DNA of 60,734 nucleotides from Perkinsus olseni (Eukaryota): NCBI GenBank assembly GCA_013115125.1, contig JABANN010000152.1, positions 1 to 60,734 of the forward strand, read 5' to 3'. Shown piece by piece: positions 13,553 to 26,674 of this stretch (position 1 is its first letter; each line of letters starts with the position of its first letter). The notes under the pieces were generated by a model. It saw only the letters and a program-made list of their open reading frames with translations, ran no database searches and was not told where the DNA came from. The position numbers and the translations under genes were made by a program.

Positions 13553-14749
13553 TCATACACGAGACTGCCTCTTCGACTGCCGCAGGTCGGCCATCCGTCG
13601 GTCGATCCAGTCCAAGCCCTCTGAGATCTCCGCCTGACTGAGGACTCGACTCGGACGACACCGACCCTTGCAGGACATAAGCCACTTCTTCAACCCAATC
13701 ATGGCGGACAAGGCCTTGGTGTTACCCAGAGAACTATGATATCGAAGGGAAGAGAAAACGTTGTCGATTCGACCCGAGGCGTTGGTGATGATCCCTACAG
13801 AATCGTCCTCTGCCAGTGTCGGCGATGCGCCAGTCGAGCTCCCTTGAGCTCCGTCGAAATGGTGACTGATACCGTCAGTGGTCCACACCAGCAGACTGCG
13901 GCCCAGCCGACACAGGGCGGAGTGGGTGAGGGGGTCCAATGCAGTGTTGCTGGCGACCTCGAGGACCTCATCGGACTTCACTTGAGCTCGGCAGACTGCC
14001 TGTATTACGGGATGATTCGATGCGGCCAAGGCCTTCAGTTCCGGCCGGACCAACTTGTCGCCGAAGCAGTCGCGTAGTTGGGCGACGGTGAGGTCGAGCG
14101 AACCGGGCAGGGAGGAGAAAACCACACCTCCGGCGGCGGCTATTCGGGTCAACTGCCGATCAGTCCAAGGCACGTCGTGGCCAGGATTGAACATGACGTC
14201 GAGAAGAAGACCTCGAGCAGTCCCAATGGGGAAGAGCTCCGCCGTTCGATCGAACGACTCGGGTTCAATCCGCACAGAGGGATATTTTCGGACGAGCTGA
14301 CCGCATATAATAAGTCGCCAACTCGCCTCCCTCTCCAAAGCGCTCAGGCCCACTCTGATGCTGACTTGAGTGAGCCCATCAGGATGGCTCCGGTCCAACG
14401 CCTCGAAGCACCGCACTACCTTATCAACATCACCAACTTTCCCGTACAACTTGGCCGCCATTGTGATGGCTCGGGTGTCAGCGAGGTCGATGGAGGACTC
14501 AAAGAGGGCGATGGCCTGCTGCTGGCACCCCTTCAGCATCAGCTGCTTCATCGTCGCTACCAGTGGAGGTCGACCATCCTTCTCTTGTACGCGCGAATCT
14601 CGTACCACTCCTTTCCGAACCGTCGTCGAATTGTACCGTCTAGCAGTGAGCATGACAGGCAGCAGCCTCCAAGGGCAAGCAAACGAGGGGAGGCGAATCA
14701 GCACGTGACGATGGGAGTCCAAAAAACAACCTGCGACCTCAGATAACAC
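13553..14749 (-). CDS. Intronless hypothetical helical protein, possibly mitochondrial, with a PPR-like repeat
   Basis: 398-aa ORF; Arg-rich N-terminal segment (MLTARRYNST); AITMAAKLYGKVGDVDKVVRCFEAL is reminiscent of a PPR helix pair. Confidence 0.5.
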   Translation of the reverse strand: MLSEVAGCFLDSHRHVLIRLPSFACPWRLLPVMLTARRYNSTTVRKGVVRDSRVQEKDGRPPLVATMKQLMLKGCQQQAIALFESSIDLADTRAITMAAKLYGKVGDVDKVVRCFEALDRSHPDGLTQVSIRVGLSALEREASWRLIICGQLVRKYPSVRIEPESFDRTAELFPIGTARGLLLDVMFNPGHDVPWTDRQLTRIAAAGGVVFSSLPGSLDLTVAQLRDCFGDKLVRPELKALAASNHPVIQAVCRAQVKSDEVLEVASNTALDPLTHSALCRLGRSLLVWTTDGISHHFDGAQGSSTGASPTLAEDDSVGIITNASGRIDNVFSSLRYHSSLGNTKALSAMIGLKKWLMSCKGRCRPSRVLSQAEISEGLDWIDRRMADLRQSKRQSRV

Positions 14750-14862
14750 TTCGAACGCAACGCCTATCGGACGTTATAAAAAAGACCTCCTTCTTTGTCG
14801 TCATAATATTCCCAACCCCCAAGGGAAGGGTGTGCGAAATTGTCAACAATAATGGTCAAAGC

Positions 14863-16314
14863 TCAGCCCAGTAAGATAGTGTCGTCATCGATAAACTCAT
14901 ACCTGAAAACAGCACCACCTTGTCCCCCCCTCCCTAGGCAAGCCCTTACGTAGGGATCTCCATGTTCAACGGCGCCGGCCCAAGCCTGATCCGGCCTGAA
15001 TGGTCGTAGTGGCTGCCGTGGCAAGGGCAGAAGTATCCACCGTAAAGGCCTTGGTCGGGGTAGGGCACACAGCCGAGATGGGTGCATACTCCCAACATGA
15101 CCAACCATTCGGGCTTCTTGACGCGGTCCTTGTCGCGCTCTGGGTCCCTCAAGCTGTTCACGATGGCATCATCGGCGGTGGCGGCATCGATCATAGCTTG
15201 TGTACCTGTATACGATGTTGACCTATTTCGTATCTTACACGGTTTAAGATGAGATACCACTCTTACGTCTTCTCACAAAGACCGGTTTTCCTCTCCATTT
15301 GACGACGAAATTCTGGCCTGGTTGTATGCCTCTCAAATCCACTTCAATAACCCCAGCAGCGATCGCGTCACGAGCCGGCCACAAACCATGGACGACCTTC
15401 ACGACCGTACCTGCCATAAGTGATAAAGATACCAAGGGGGAAGGAGATCAATTACTACCTCTCAAAAATGCCAAACCAATAAGACCGAACATGCCCGTAG
15501 CAAAGTAGTGGAAGGGCCGACGATCAGCGTGCCAGGTTGGCAGGCGAGTATGACGGAAATCAAGATGGCCTTCGGGGACGCAGGTGTCCGGGCAGGGGAT
15601 ATTCTCGGCGTATCCTACGGGACGGAAGTTATCCGGGTTGAACCTGAAGATACGAGTATCTTTCATGCTGGTTCATCACGGTTAAGGTCGACCTTGCGAT
15701 AGACAAGATAGCAGGTTCTCCCTCTTTCTTCCACACATCAGTACGAGTGACGTTGGCACCTGCAGGGATACTGACACCTCTAGCTGTTAAACGGAGGCTT
15801 ACCAGCGGCCAACTCTCCTTTAGCAACATCAGGCTTCCTCGGGAAGACGGGCTCACGAAGATGCTCATAATGGCAGTAGACGTACCTGAGCAGAGTACAA
15901 GATACCAACCATTATAGTCGAGGTCAGCGTACTCTCCCCAGCCTCTCATGATGTGGGGGTCGCCACGGGTCTTCATCAACTTGCGGGTATCGTCCACCTG
16001 ACAGGGGAAGGCGTTGCCTAGGTCGCTGTGACCATGCTGGGCCTACCGGAGGGTACTTCTCGGTTTTCTCAGGGTCGGGATGCTGCGAGATGTGGTCCAC
16101 CTGGTCGAATCTGAGAGAGGTATCTTTTGATCAAGCTGGCAGGTGACGGGAAAGGTTACCTGTTATACCACATAGGTTTCTCACTGGACGGTTCGGTCCT
16201 CCACGAGTCGATCATTTTGACGGTAGTTGGACGATGGAGGCGGACGGGGGAGGTGTGGAGGGGACGGCTCGTCAGAGGCAAGGAGGAGGGACGGCCCCGA
16301 CGGGAGAGCAACAT
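14863..16314 (-). CDS. UQCRFS1: Cytochrome bc1 Rieske iron-sulfur protein with long N-terminal extension, multi-exon
   Basis: [59 protein letters not shown]; presequence-like [12 protein letters not shown]. Confidence 0.95.
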
Positions 16315-16708
16315 GAAGAGGGGTGGCTCAAAAATGGTATAATAATACTCCCTACAGGGGTAGACAATAGGTTGACCCATGCGCTTCACGGGACGTAAGA
16401 TTCTCTCCTGGGGCCGACAGAGGCACCGGCCAGACTTACTTCGACCTACCCTCGTCTGCGATCCACTGGAAGTCATCGAATCTACTGCCGGGAGCTGCTG
16501 CCAAAGCCCACTGTGCGCCGATACGCCAAGGAAATATTCTCACTCTGCCGAAATTGAGGGACTCAAAAAATAGACAGTCCGCATTTCCAAGGTCTTGATG
16601 ATGGCAGCGCGAGAATCGAACAATCTCAGGTTCAAATCTTGCCCACTTTATTTCGGGCGGTCGCTAACTCATCAGCGCATTTTCAATCCTGGGAGTCCAC
16701 CTACGATC

Positions 16709-18344
16709 ATGAAGGCTTCCCCGGCGAGAGTGCTGTGCTCAGCCGCTGACTGCGGAGATCCAGCAGAGGTTCTCAACGCCCTTCGAGCCCTCCCTAAGGA
16801 GGAGCTCCACACCCGACCTCAGACTCTTGGGAAGGCCATAGGAGCGGTAGGGATGGCGTGGGATGATACTGATGGTCTCATCGGCCGCCGCTGGCGCGAG
16901 CCGTGTATGGGTTTCGTGTCTTGACTGACTGTTGTCAGGTTCTAAACCGCTCCCGACTGTCCTGGCGCCCATTAGGGCAAGCCTTGTCCTCCTTTATAGA
17001 TGGGCTATCGGGAGAGAAGATACCGGAAGATTTCCTCCGAGGGTTGGTCGACTCTGATGGCCCGGCTGGCCTCGCTAAGGTCATTTGCGATGTGAGTTTG
17101 TTACTGGTCAGTAGAGGCGATTCATCCTCATCCCTCAGCACCACGTCTACTCCCCTCTGCGGCCACAGGCCCTCGACTGGCTAGTCGACCACCCCCTCCT
17201 CACAGAGAGCCTCTCAACCTCAGACAAGCAGTCCTTTTTACGGCAGTCTGAAGTCCTCAACACGTTCGCTGCTAACACCAAGTTCTTCTCGCTTGTGCTA
17301 TCGCAGCACTTTGACGGTATCACTACGCCCTTGCAAGCGATTGACAGCGCTCTGTGTCGCCTCAAGCCGTCCAACAATTTGGTATCTTTGGTTCACCTAT
17401 TACTTCTACGAAATCGCAGGATATCCTGGCCGGCTGAGCTCCCAAGTAAAGTTTGTTCCCTGCTAGGAAGATACGCTCGTAAGTCTGGAGGGCTGTGGCT
17501 GACGCTGATCGTCGGTACGTGGCGATACCGAAGGGCCGACGCCGACCTTCTGTGGGCCGCCTGTCACCACTACCACCATCACAGGGCGAGGTTGTCCTCA
17601 CAGCAGCATCCTGCTGATGTTATCGCCGGGAGGCTCGTCACTTGCACTGAGGAAGACATTTTCAATGGCCTTTATCGGTCGCTGGTGAAGGTGGTGAGAG
17701 GTGAGCACTTGCCGCCTCCTCGAGAATGCTGGATTGGGACCATCAATGTCGTCATCAACTCTACCATGGCAGTAGCTGAGCAGTTCGCCACCATTTGTGA
17801 GTTATTGGACTCCGATCGGTCCTCCTGGCTGAGGGAGGCTATCCGATCCCACCCGTGCATCGAGAGGGTCCTCGTCGATGACCTCAAGGCGATCGAGTTG
17901 GTCCACAAGGTCGGCCTCCGGCGGGAGGTGTTGGCCTACAGCACAGCGGCCATCGTCTATGGCTACCAGCAGCAGCACTGGCAGTTACTTCGCTCGTTGT
18001 TAGCTAGCCATCCCAATCTGGTTGTTAGTGAGTTAACCCCACTCAGAGTGCTCAGGCGACCGATAGACGAGCAGTTCCGGAGTGAATTCTTGGCGGCCAT
18101 GAAGGCTTGTCCCGACTTGTGGGACCCTTATGCTGGTTATGGCTTTAGCGACGACACCACAGACACCGACTCGGAGGAGCATGAGGATGTTCCGAGTCGT
18201 CGGGGAGGGTCGCCAGAAGATGGTGTCACTTCCTTCCGATTTTCACCAGTATCACATGAAGAGCTTCTTGAGTCCGCCGACTTTCGTCGACTGGCTCGGG
18301 CCATCTCTACAGCTGCTTCTGCAGCTTGGCGACATGAAAGTTGA
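16709..18344 (+). CDS. Hypothetical multi-exon protein
   Basis: ORFs 16595-16924, 16903-17184 and 17295-18344 appear joinable through GT-AG introns; no recognised domain. Confidence 0.5.
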
Positions 18345-18999
18345 AGTGTTGTTGCTCTATTGATGATGAGGGTTGATTTGGCATAGTTGGGGAGAGGCTC
18401 GAGTTGACTCCCATCGCTTGGGAACAACTCATCAGTTAGAGTTGCTCCGATCGGTGGATACAGCCACGAGGTCAGATCCGTCGGTGGTGCGAACGATGGG
18501 TGTTATTAACTGCTAACCCACACCGTGTCATGCAGGGCATAGAGGATCTATACACGAGACACACGCGCGGCACCACTCAGTAATACTGCGTCGGTAGTAA
18601 CTTCGATTTGCATCCACCTACTCCTCGCACAGCGGCCTTACACGATCGGAATTCATTCCGCATCTCCCGAAGGCCTGAGCACTCTGAGAATCGATGGCCT
18701 CTGTGATTTAGAAAAAAAGCCGCAACAGAATAGGAGTTCTTCTCCTATTCAATGACTTCTCTCATAAGTTATGAATCTCAACCACATAGACATGTTACCA
18801 GTATTTCCACTGTGCCGTGGCGATGCCAGCTCAACTGGCCGAGCTGGCTTCAATCTCAGGGACCATCTCAGGGTCTCTGGAATTGTATTAAATGCTCATC
18901 ATCCTTTGATGAATATCTTGGATGTTCATCATAGGTTGATCGTAGACTACGATCACAGGAGCTACTACGATTCGTAGTAGCTCGTGTGAAAAAGCAATG

Positions 19000-19500
19000 A
19001 CGAGGAGTATCCACCGGCTGCAGAAGTGAGATCGAGTAGGTTGATTATAAGGAGTAAAGTAAGGCAAACAAATCATGCACCTACAAGGATGTACTCCGCG
19101 TGGGTCATGTTCGAGAAAGCAACGAAAATTGACGACTATACCGCTTTTGTGGGGCCAAATGCTGTGCCAGTTCTGTCCCCTGTGTCACAGGGCCGCTGAG
19201 AAACTTTCATTCCAGGCTATAGTTTGCAGTGAGCTGATGAATTTCGATCTTTGTGGATAAACTTCTCGGGATGGCCAATCCGTTGTCCGGCGCCAAGACG
19301 CTGACAGCAGCCGCAGTGCTCATGTGCATCGAGATAGTCTCTGTCCTACTACGGGTGAAGCCAGAGGTCACTATACGGGACCGTGATGTCGTTGAATCGT
19401 TCAATCTCCCGCACAATATCCGAGATTGTCTGATCCATTTTGCATGGAACGATGCTGAGACTCGTGGGTGGCCCAAAAAAGGCCTGTAGTGCGAGGCCCT
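19000..19500 (+). mobile_element. Possible decayed DNA-transposon (hAT-like) fragment
   Basis: LLGMANPLSGAKTLTAAAVLMC weakly recalls the hAT 'T..LS....T' segment; broken frames in a gene-poor tract. Confidence 0.2.
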
Positions 19501-21402
19501 TCAGGCACCAGTGGTGTCAGTATGACCAATCCCCGACCAACTGGCAATAGGCTGGGAACCTATGTCCGTAGTGGCCACAGCCGTTCAGTGTATTGGACCT
19601 TAACTGAACAGCCGAATGGGTCCGTTTCTATCAAACTGTATAGGATGGGCGGGTGTTCTATCGACTTGTTCTGTGATGTTACAGCCGTAGCCGCCGACAG
19701 TGCCGTGCGCATAGTCGAGGGATCGGCGCCTTAGCAGTGATAACGACACGGACCGTCACCGTGGTGCGGCTCGTGAATTCCCTGAACCCGCCGACCTAAA
19801 ATCAAACGCAAATAGAGAGCTCAGCGATGTACTGGCCCAAAACTACGGGGCTAAGAAGTCTATATCATAAGGGAGTCTATGCAATTGACCCTAGGTAGTC
19901 AGTTGGTGCAGAATCTAAATAGTGGGGTGGCGGTGTGAAGAAAAAGAAAGCCTACATGTCTCTCTCGCACGAAAGGCGGCACTCATCCTTCATTTCGTTG
20001 TGCAAGCCGCTCTCTCTAATAGATCCAGCGTCTTAGTTGGTGAACGACTGATATCTGCCAGTGTTTGTTCTGCTTAACCCGCAATGTTCCACGTGCTCAC
20101 TGAGCACTGCTCAGTCTAGATTTGCGTGACTGCGGGCCTGAGAGAGACCGCACTTCTTTGGTGGCGATTTCTAAGAAGAAGGGCCTAGCCACTGTATCAG
20201 AAGATTGGACTTCGACTTGGGTCGTTGCCGACGACCCAAGCCCCATCAACGACTCGTTGGTGGGGCAGACCAAGACAACTGGTCGAGAGTGCGCGTTCAG
20301 GACGTGAAATTCACGTGAGTTGGGAATAATCTACCTTAATTTAATAATTGTATTTCAGGTTACTGTTAAGAATCCTGATCGTATAGCCTCAGATGGGGTC
20401 AATGGTTATTTGGTCTTTCGCTAGGGCAACCGATTTGGGTTCATCCACGGTTTGCCGGTCGAGGATTCTGGTGGCAGAGTTGGTCCCCAAGTCAAGTTGA
20501 TTTTTCAAACTTGGAACTCCAACTCGTTGGATTGCTTCAAGCAATCCAACGAGTGCGGGAACGACGGTCTCTTCCATCTATGGATTGGCTTGAGTTGGCC
20601 CACCGTCAGCTCCGGCGGGCCACGCCTCTAAAGCCGAATTGATACAATCCGTTAATAGAATCGTCGAGCAAGTGATCGGGACGGAGTGTAATCTGGGATT
20701 CTATCCACTTTGGAAAATCATCTTCCGCAACCTGGTGTTAGGCTTGTTGTTACATAACGATGAACCCAATCCTAAGAATGGGATTTGGGCTGCTGGGTCC
20801 TGTAGCAACATGCAAGTCCCCGTTCTTCGCTCGAATGCCCTGGCAAGCTTCGAAATGAATCGTGGGCAAGTGATGAATGGCAAAGTCGTCTACATTGAGC
20901 TCACAAGTGCTGAATTTATGACTCACAGATTGGCTCTCTGGTGGCTAACTTGTGTAAGAGCCTCTTACACAAGTGTTACAGCACGTGTTACAGGCCCTCT
21001 TACTAAGAGGGCCTGTAACACGTGCTGTGCCACACCTCATCGAAAGCCTGCAGACACCTACCGATATAATTACTTAGCTTACCAATAATAGAACTACTAT
21101 CAACTACTTCCTTAGTGGTGACGCGGCCATCCTTAGACTTTGCAGCCCTCCTGAGAAGTATTCGCGTTATCCTTAGATCCTTTTCCGGCTCGAAGCTGGA
21201 AAAATCCGGGGGCGCGAAGGAAGCCGCCGGCTTCCTCATGCAGGCTCGACTCGACTCGAAACTTATTGCCAGGCTTTACGGGCGTAAACCCATCGTCCTA
21301 TACACGCCCCGCGTCAGCGGAAGCCGATGAAGCTAGACAGAACCGCACATAGTAAATCATGTTGGCAGATTAGCAGATCAAGAAGGAAAAATGGTATAGA
21401 GG

Positions 21403-22200
21403 CTAAACTTCACGACCAGACGAGCGGACTAGAAATAAGACGGGGCGCAAAGATTCCTCTGATGTGTAGAGGAGGTGAGTTAAGAAGCGCGCTGGATCGT
21501 GTGGGAGGATGTTACAAGGCAGGTATAATGGTCGTAAATGAGCTAGATGTGAGCACGTAAGTAAGAGATGTTCAATGGTATCGGGGGCAGAATCGCAAAA
21601 AGGGCACCTAACCGGGTACAAGAAGGGCATTTTCCCAGCCTGAGTTGAAAAAGCAAGGTTTGTTCCGCACGCCTGAAAGAACCACAGTGGATCGGGTCAA
21701 GTTGCCAACGAAAAGTTTCTCCGGGCATATGGTGTTCACCGGGTAGTTTTCCAGCCGCGGCTTCGTAAATAACTTGTTTGCGTTGTCGTAGTCGGCTCTG
21801 GGCGCTACTCCAACTTCCACCGTACTGGAGTGGAGGAAAAAGAAGTTGGGAGTTTAGCCACTAAACTTTAGCGGCTGAATCTATAGCATCATGAAATGGT
21901 TGCCCAACATGAGCCTTGATCCATAGACCCTTGAATACCGGAACCCGATGCGGAGAACGTTGTTTGAGTTGTTTCTCTAAGTGGAGGAGGCCCAGACAAT
22001 GATTCTGGTAGGTGATGCTTGAAACACTCTTGCTGAGTGTTGAGAGCCGACATATTGTCGTTGACAATCAGTAGTTTTCCTGTTTTGGCGATGTGCTGGA
22101 GATATGTCTCTTGATGGAGGATGTCAGAGATTGTACAATGGATAACGCACAATTCTGCCTCGAAGGAAGAACTCAATTCAATTCAATGAGTCCCCCTTAC
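21403..22200 (-). mobile_element. Non-LTR retrotransposon 3' relic: RNase H plus C-terminal CCHC zinc finger, frameshifted
   Basis: SSFEAEL...LLIVNDNMSAL, WIKAHVGQPFHDAIDSAAK, EQTLLFQLRLG and CPFCDSAPDTIEHLLLTC spread over several frames. Confidence 0.85.
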
Positions 22201-22397
22201 TCTTCGCCACAAGTTGCGTAGATTATGTGACGCGGAATTTGCAGGAAACTGATTGACCTAAGTGCAGGAAAAATGCTTGCTGCTGCTGGTGGTCCCTGGT
22301 CCGTCATTTGACATATTTGTGGGTTTCTTAACCTGTTGGGAGCCCCGTCAGACATCCCGGGTGATAACCAGCGTTGTCGCAGCCGCTTTGCTTCTCT

Positions 22398-24867
22398 ATG
22401 GCACCAGGAAGCCTAGGCTCATCATCGTCTAGTGCGAGGAAGGGCTGCGCGAGTGGGCAGAATGTGGACTCGGTACTTTTCGGCGGTCCTCAGGAAGAGA
22501 GGACACGGCTGGTGGAAATAGTGGGAAAAGATACTGTGCAGGTAGCGGGAATCGAACCGAGGTCTTATGGATAGCGATAGCCGTTCCCTCTTCCGCTTGA
22601 ACTGCTGCGGTGCTGAATGATTTGTCAGGTTCGGAAACCTATTGGGAGCAACGCTGCCGCGACGACCGCTGCTAGTCGGGATGTTGCCGTCGTAGCAGCT
22701 AGCGAATTCAACAGGTATCTTGGGTTGCAGCGCGAAAGATGCGGGTTGGGTCGGACCGACAACATATCCAATAATCGGGACTCGTTGATGAGCCGGTGCT
22801 GTCCTCAGACTGAGGGAAGGGTCCTCGATGACTGAGAAAGAACGAGAGCTAGCCAGGCGCCGGCAGGCTCGGGAAGAGGTATGGATATCTTGTGACCATG
22901 CGTGCAAGATACCGAATAAGTCAGCTGGAGCCTCTTGTTTCAGTATGGCGAGAGAATGCAGAAGTCTAAAGAGCGCAAGGAGAAGATGGTGAAGATGGAA
23001 GAGGAGAGGAAAAGGAATGCTCTGAGGAGTACCAATGAGGTCAAGGAGAAGGCCGAGCGGAATTTAGTAGGGCCTCGTCAGACCGTCAGTACCGCACAGA
23101 CTGGTTAGGTTTTTCAAAGAGCTAGGGAGAAGCTGGATGAGGATATGGATGATGTTAAGCACATGAACCAAATGATGTTGTACTCGAAGGTTGCTACTAT
23201 TAGAGATGCCCAGATACAGGAGAAAAGGTGAGGGTAGTGGCGGGGATGTTGGCGCTATTGTCGGTGGCAGATACATGCATGCTGAGAGGGAGGAAGAAGA
23301 GCAGCAGCTTGATGTTATGTCGGAGATAGAGAGGCTCAAAGCTTTGCAAATGTGCTGCATACGTGTCGGGGCTGGGAGTTGAACCTGGATCGTTTGTACG
23401 ACAGGTATGAGGAGCGTAATAGAAAACGGGCGGTGGATCAGCGTCGTGGGGCTTCCGTTATTGTTGAGCAAATTAAAGATCGACAACAGACCAAGTTGAG
23501 GGAGGTACTCAGTCGTTCAGCAGTAACCGCGATCGACACAGCAACGTTTCAGGAGGAGCAAAGAGATCGGGAGCGTGACTTCATATTGAAGCAAATAGAG
23601 GCGCTTAAGGAAGAGGAGGTAACTGGGGGGGCAGCAGGTGGCGGTTTGGGGACGTAATTGTGCTGACAGATTGCACAACAAATTGGGAAGAGGGAAGCGG
23701 CGGCTAAGTTGATACAGGAGGTTAATGTGGCTAATGCTGCAGCATTAAAAAGTATGTGCTGGAGAAGTGACGGATGCTGGGATTGAACCGGGAGTCTGGC
23801 TTCTGTGCAGTTAAAGAAGAGCGGTTGATTGCGGACAAGTTGGAGGATCAGAAGATAGTAGAATATCAAAGGAAAAGAGAGCAGCAAGAGAAGGCCAGAG
23901 AGGAAGAGTTGGCGGTAATGGGAGCGTGCTCGACTGTCCGCTTGGGCAGGGGATCGGCCTTTCGTAAAGGAGGCACGGGCTCGAACCTATCACACCGCCC
24001 ATTTTTCTTTAGGCCGAGGCAGCAGCTAAGGAGGCGGAGTTCGCACGCCTCCGAGCTCAACAACAACGAGCTCAGGATAAGGCTGCCGACATGGACGCCC
24101 TTCGAGCCAAGAGAGCCGTCGAGGCTGCCGAGCGACAGGTAGGAGGCTCCTGAGCAACGGTGGGTTTATTCGGGACCTTTGGTAGGCCCGACAGAAGGAG
24201 CAGAACGAGGCCCGGAGATTGCAAGCTATTAATGAGGAGTTGGCGGAGGCGAGAAGACTACAAGCTGAGGAGAAGGAGAGGCGTTTGGCTGAGCAAGCGA
24301 TGTAATGCGACGAGTCGGTGGAGGGGGCGGAATCTTTGATGATCAGGCTGGAGAGAGAGGAGTTCGAGAGAATAGTACTCGTACAGATGCAGCAGGAAGA
24401 GGCGGAGAGAGTTAGAGCGGAGGAAGAGAGACAACAGAGGCTAGGCCATTGTGAAGAGCTGAAGAAACAGATACAGGTGGTGATGCCCTCCACTTGCTAT
24501 CTTGCATTTTCTCAACGGCTATTTGGTTGAAGAGTACTTTGGTTCGCAATTTTAGGCACGGGAGGAAGCCAGCTTGCAAGCTCGTCGCGATTTCTTGGAG
24601 GAGGGAAATGTTATTAGAGCTCAAATTGCTGCGGAGAGGAGGAAATTGGCGGCTATTAAACAGAGGAAGATTGACAAGCTCAAGGCTGCAGGAGTACCGG
24701 AGAAGTAACTCGGGAGGCTGATGGAAATAGTTCACTACTGGACTGGCTCCAATGTCACTACTTTCGCTGCTACACGAAGAAGGGGAGGAGTGGTATGGTG
24801 ATGGGAGGATTTCATAACCCGCTTCAGATACTGGTCAGAGCTGAGCAAGATGAAGTTGTCGGTGTAA
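22398..24867 (+). CDS. CFAP45: Cilia- and flagella-associated protein 45 (TPH coiled-coil), many introns
   Basis: LDEDMDDVKHMNQMMLYSKVATIRDAQIQEK, MSEIERLKAL, QDKAADMDALRAKRA, KIDKLKAAGVPEKY. Confidence 0.88.
22548..22558 (-). promoter_or_regulatory. Intronic B-box-like motif GGTTCGATTCC
   Basis: In the first CFAP45 intron (acceptor about 22628); followed by CGCTACCTGCA. Confidence 0.55.
23375..23385 (-). promoter_or_regulatory. Intronic B-box-like motif GGTTCAACTCC
   Basis: In intron 23352-23404; followed by CAGCCCCGACA. Confidence 0.5.
23779..23789 (-). promoter_or_regulatory. Intronic B-box-like motif GGTTCAATCCC
   Basis: In intron 23752-23810; followed by AGCATCCGTCA. Confidence 0.5.
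23977..23987 (-). promoter_or_regulatory. Intronic B-box-like motif GGTTCGAGCCC
   Basis: In intron 23915-24012; lacks the +10 C. Confidence 0.4.
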
Positions 24868-25004
24868 TGCATGCCACCATAATGCTGTCGATCACCTCGT
24901 TCTCCGCCTGTTGTGTTCTAGTGAAGAAATGGACTCACTAGGGATGGAACCCGGGTGCATTTCCTTCGACTAGCACTGGCGACTACAGGCAACTTTATAA
25001 TCTC

Positions 25005-25567
25005 ATGAATGGCTCTTCGGCGTTCATAGTAGTGCTGGCGTCAGTTTTCGGCTTGGCCATCACGGCTACGCTTGTCGTGTTATTGCTGTCGCGTAGAGCC
25101 GGCTGGCGGGTATTGTGGGCTTCCATCTGTCCCTGCTTCAAAGCTGCCAGCACCACCACCGAGATACCCATACAGGTCAGCTCGATGCCTTGCTGCTGCT
25201 GCTCCTACCATAGGGTTCATCTCAGGAGTGCTATGATTCTCCCCGGAGAGGGGTTGCGCGATGGGCTCCTCCTCGACGTCGAAGTGTGGACCTCGGCGAC
25301 CTAGAGATCGGCAAGCGATACTCGTATGAGCTAACTCGTGCAGGGAACTTCAAGAGGGAAGCCATACCACAGTCCTACGGGAAATTCACCAGGAGAGGTT
25401 CATTGGGGCCCGTCGAGGTCGGCAAGCGCCCTACATTCCCCAGGGTAAGTGGCCAGGCGGAGTCGTGATGCCCGGGTGGTTGTGGATCTCCGTTTTAGGT
25501 TGCTAATTCTGCACGTAGCTCAGCTGTTGAGGACGACGATGCTGAAAGTGACGTTACTGGCCGTTAA
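25005..25567 (+). CDS. Small single-pass membrane protein, spliced
   Basis: N-terminal TM (FIVVLASVFGLAITATLVVLLL); GT-AG introns near 25176-25212 and 25445-25498. Confidence 0.5.
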
Positions 25568-26674
25568 GTGTATCTGGACCCCACTGCAAAGTTAAGTGGA
25601 GCTTTGTCATTGGCCTGAGCCGCGATAGTATTCTCACCAATTCCCATTCGGGCATCACCTTTCACCTTGAAGGCATTATTATAAATCTTTATTTGCTGGA
25701 TCATTTCCTCTTTTCCCTAATGGTAACGTCCTTCAACTGCTCGCAAGTTGTGTTGAGAGCGGAGGTGAGGGTACTCCCGTGGCGACTCAGTATGATGATC
25801 AACTCTGCCTTGCTTCCCGCCTACACCGGATGCTGCTCCTTGGGCACGCGTGCGGTCGATCTCCTCTCTGGCATTACTCTTCGAGTCCTCCATGAGTTGT
25901 GACGAGCCTAAGATATTTGCCGTACCGTCATCGTGAACTTGTCGGGGGCTCTCAACACGTAAGCCTTGAATGGAGTATTCACGACCCGTCTTGGGTTTTG
26001 AAGTTGCTGAAGACGCGAGGTCAAGCCCTCCTTTCCGGTCTTCCTCCTAATCTCTTCTGTGTGGATGCTGTGGAGGGCGATGCTCAATCGAGCCTTCATC
26101 ATGCTAATTCCATACAGCAGGGTTACTTGATGCTCGTCAAGGAGAGACGCTGGACCCGCCAGAAAGGGGACATGATGTGACTCTTGTCACCCACCCTGCA
26201 CGCGAGTACAAGGCTCCGAACAAAGGACGAGTGCGACGTGTCTTATAGCCACCATTAACGGCAACCAACACTATCACTCCGAAGGATACTGAGAGTCCCA
26301 GAAGTGAAGCGAAGGCGGAAGTGGGCGATGGGAGAGTCAGCCAAGCGTTGTCTCGCTCGTGACGTGACTTTCTGCATGACGCGTACAAGGTGAAGTCTTG
26401 AGCTTTGCAGATTCCGATAAATATGGTCTCCCTTTTTCACTCATCTGTCTTGTGCAGCTGTTGCATTTCATCAGACTCAGTCAATTGGTATTCGCCTTTG
26501 AATGGTTCGGTAGCCATCCCGGCTGTGACCATCTCGTGGACGCTATCAGAGACCCGTGAGCCTCGCACTCAGCGGCGATGGTGTCCGATGGGGACGCTGC
26601 TGCCGGGGCCTGGTCGTGTATCGTATCGGTGATGTTTGAGCGTGTTAATGAGCTCAGTATTACATTGGTCGGAT

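Noticed and set aside
14262-15645. Near-B-box matches in exons (GGTTCAATCCG near 14262, GGTTCAACCCG near 15635); also GGCTCGATGCC at 48787
   Set aside because: One mismatch each and explained by coding sequence; they show that relaxed matches arise by chance, so only exact matches were counted
26508-26526. cggtagccatcccggct resembling a spliced-leader relic
   Set aside because: Too short and too mismatched against the remembered CCGTAGCCATYTTGGCTCAAG leader
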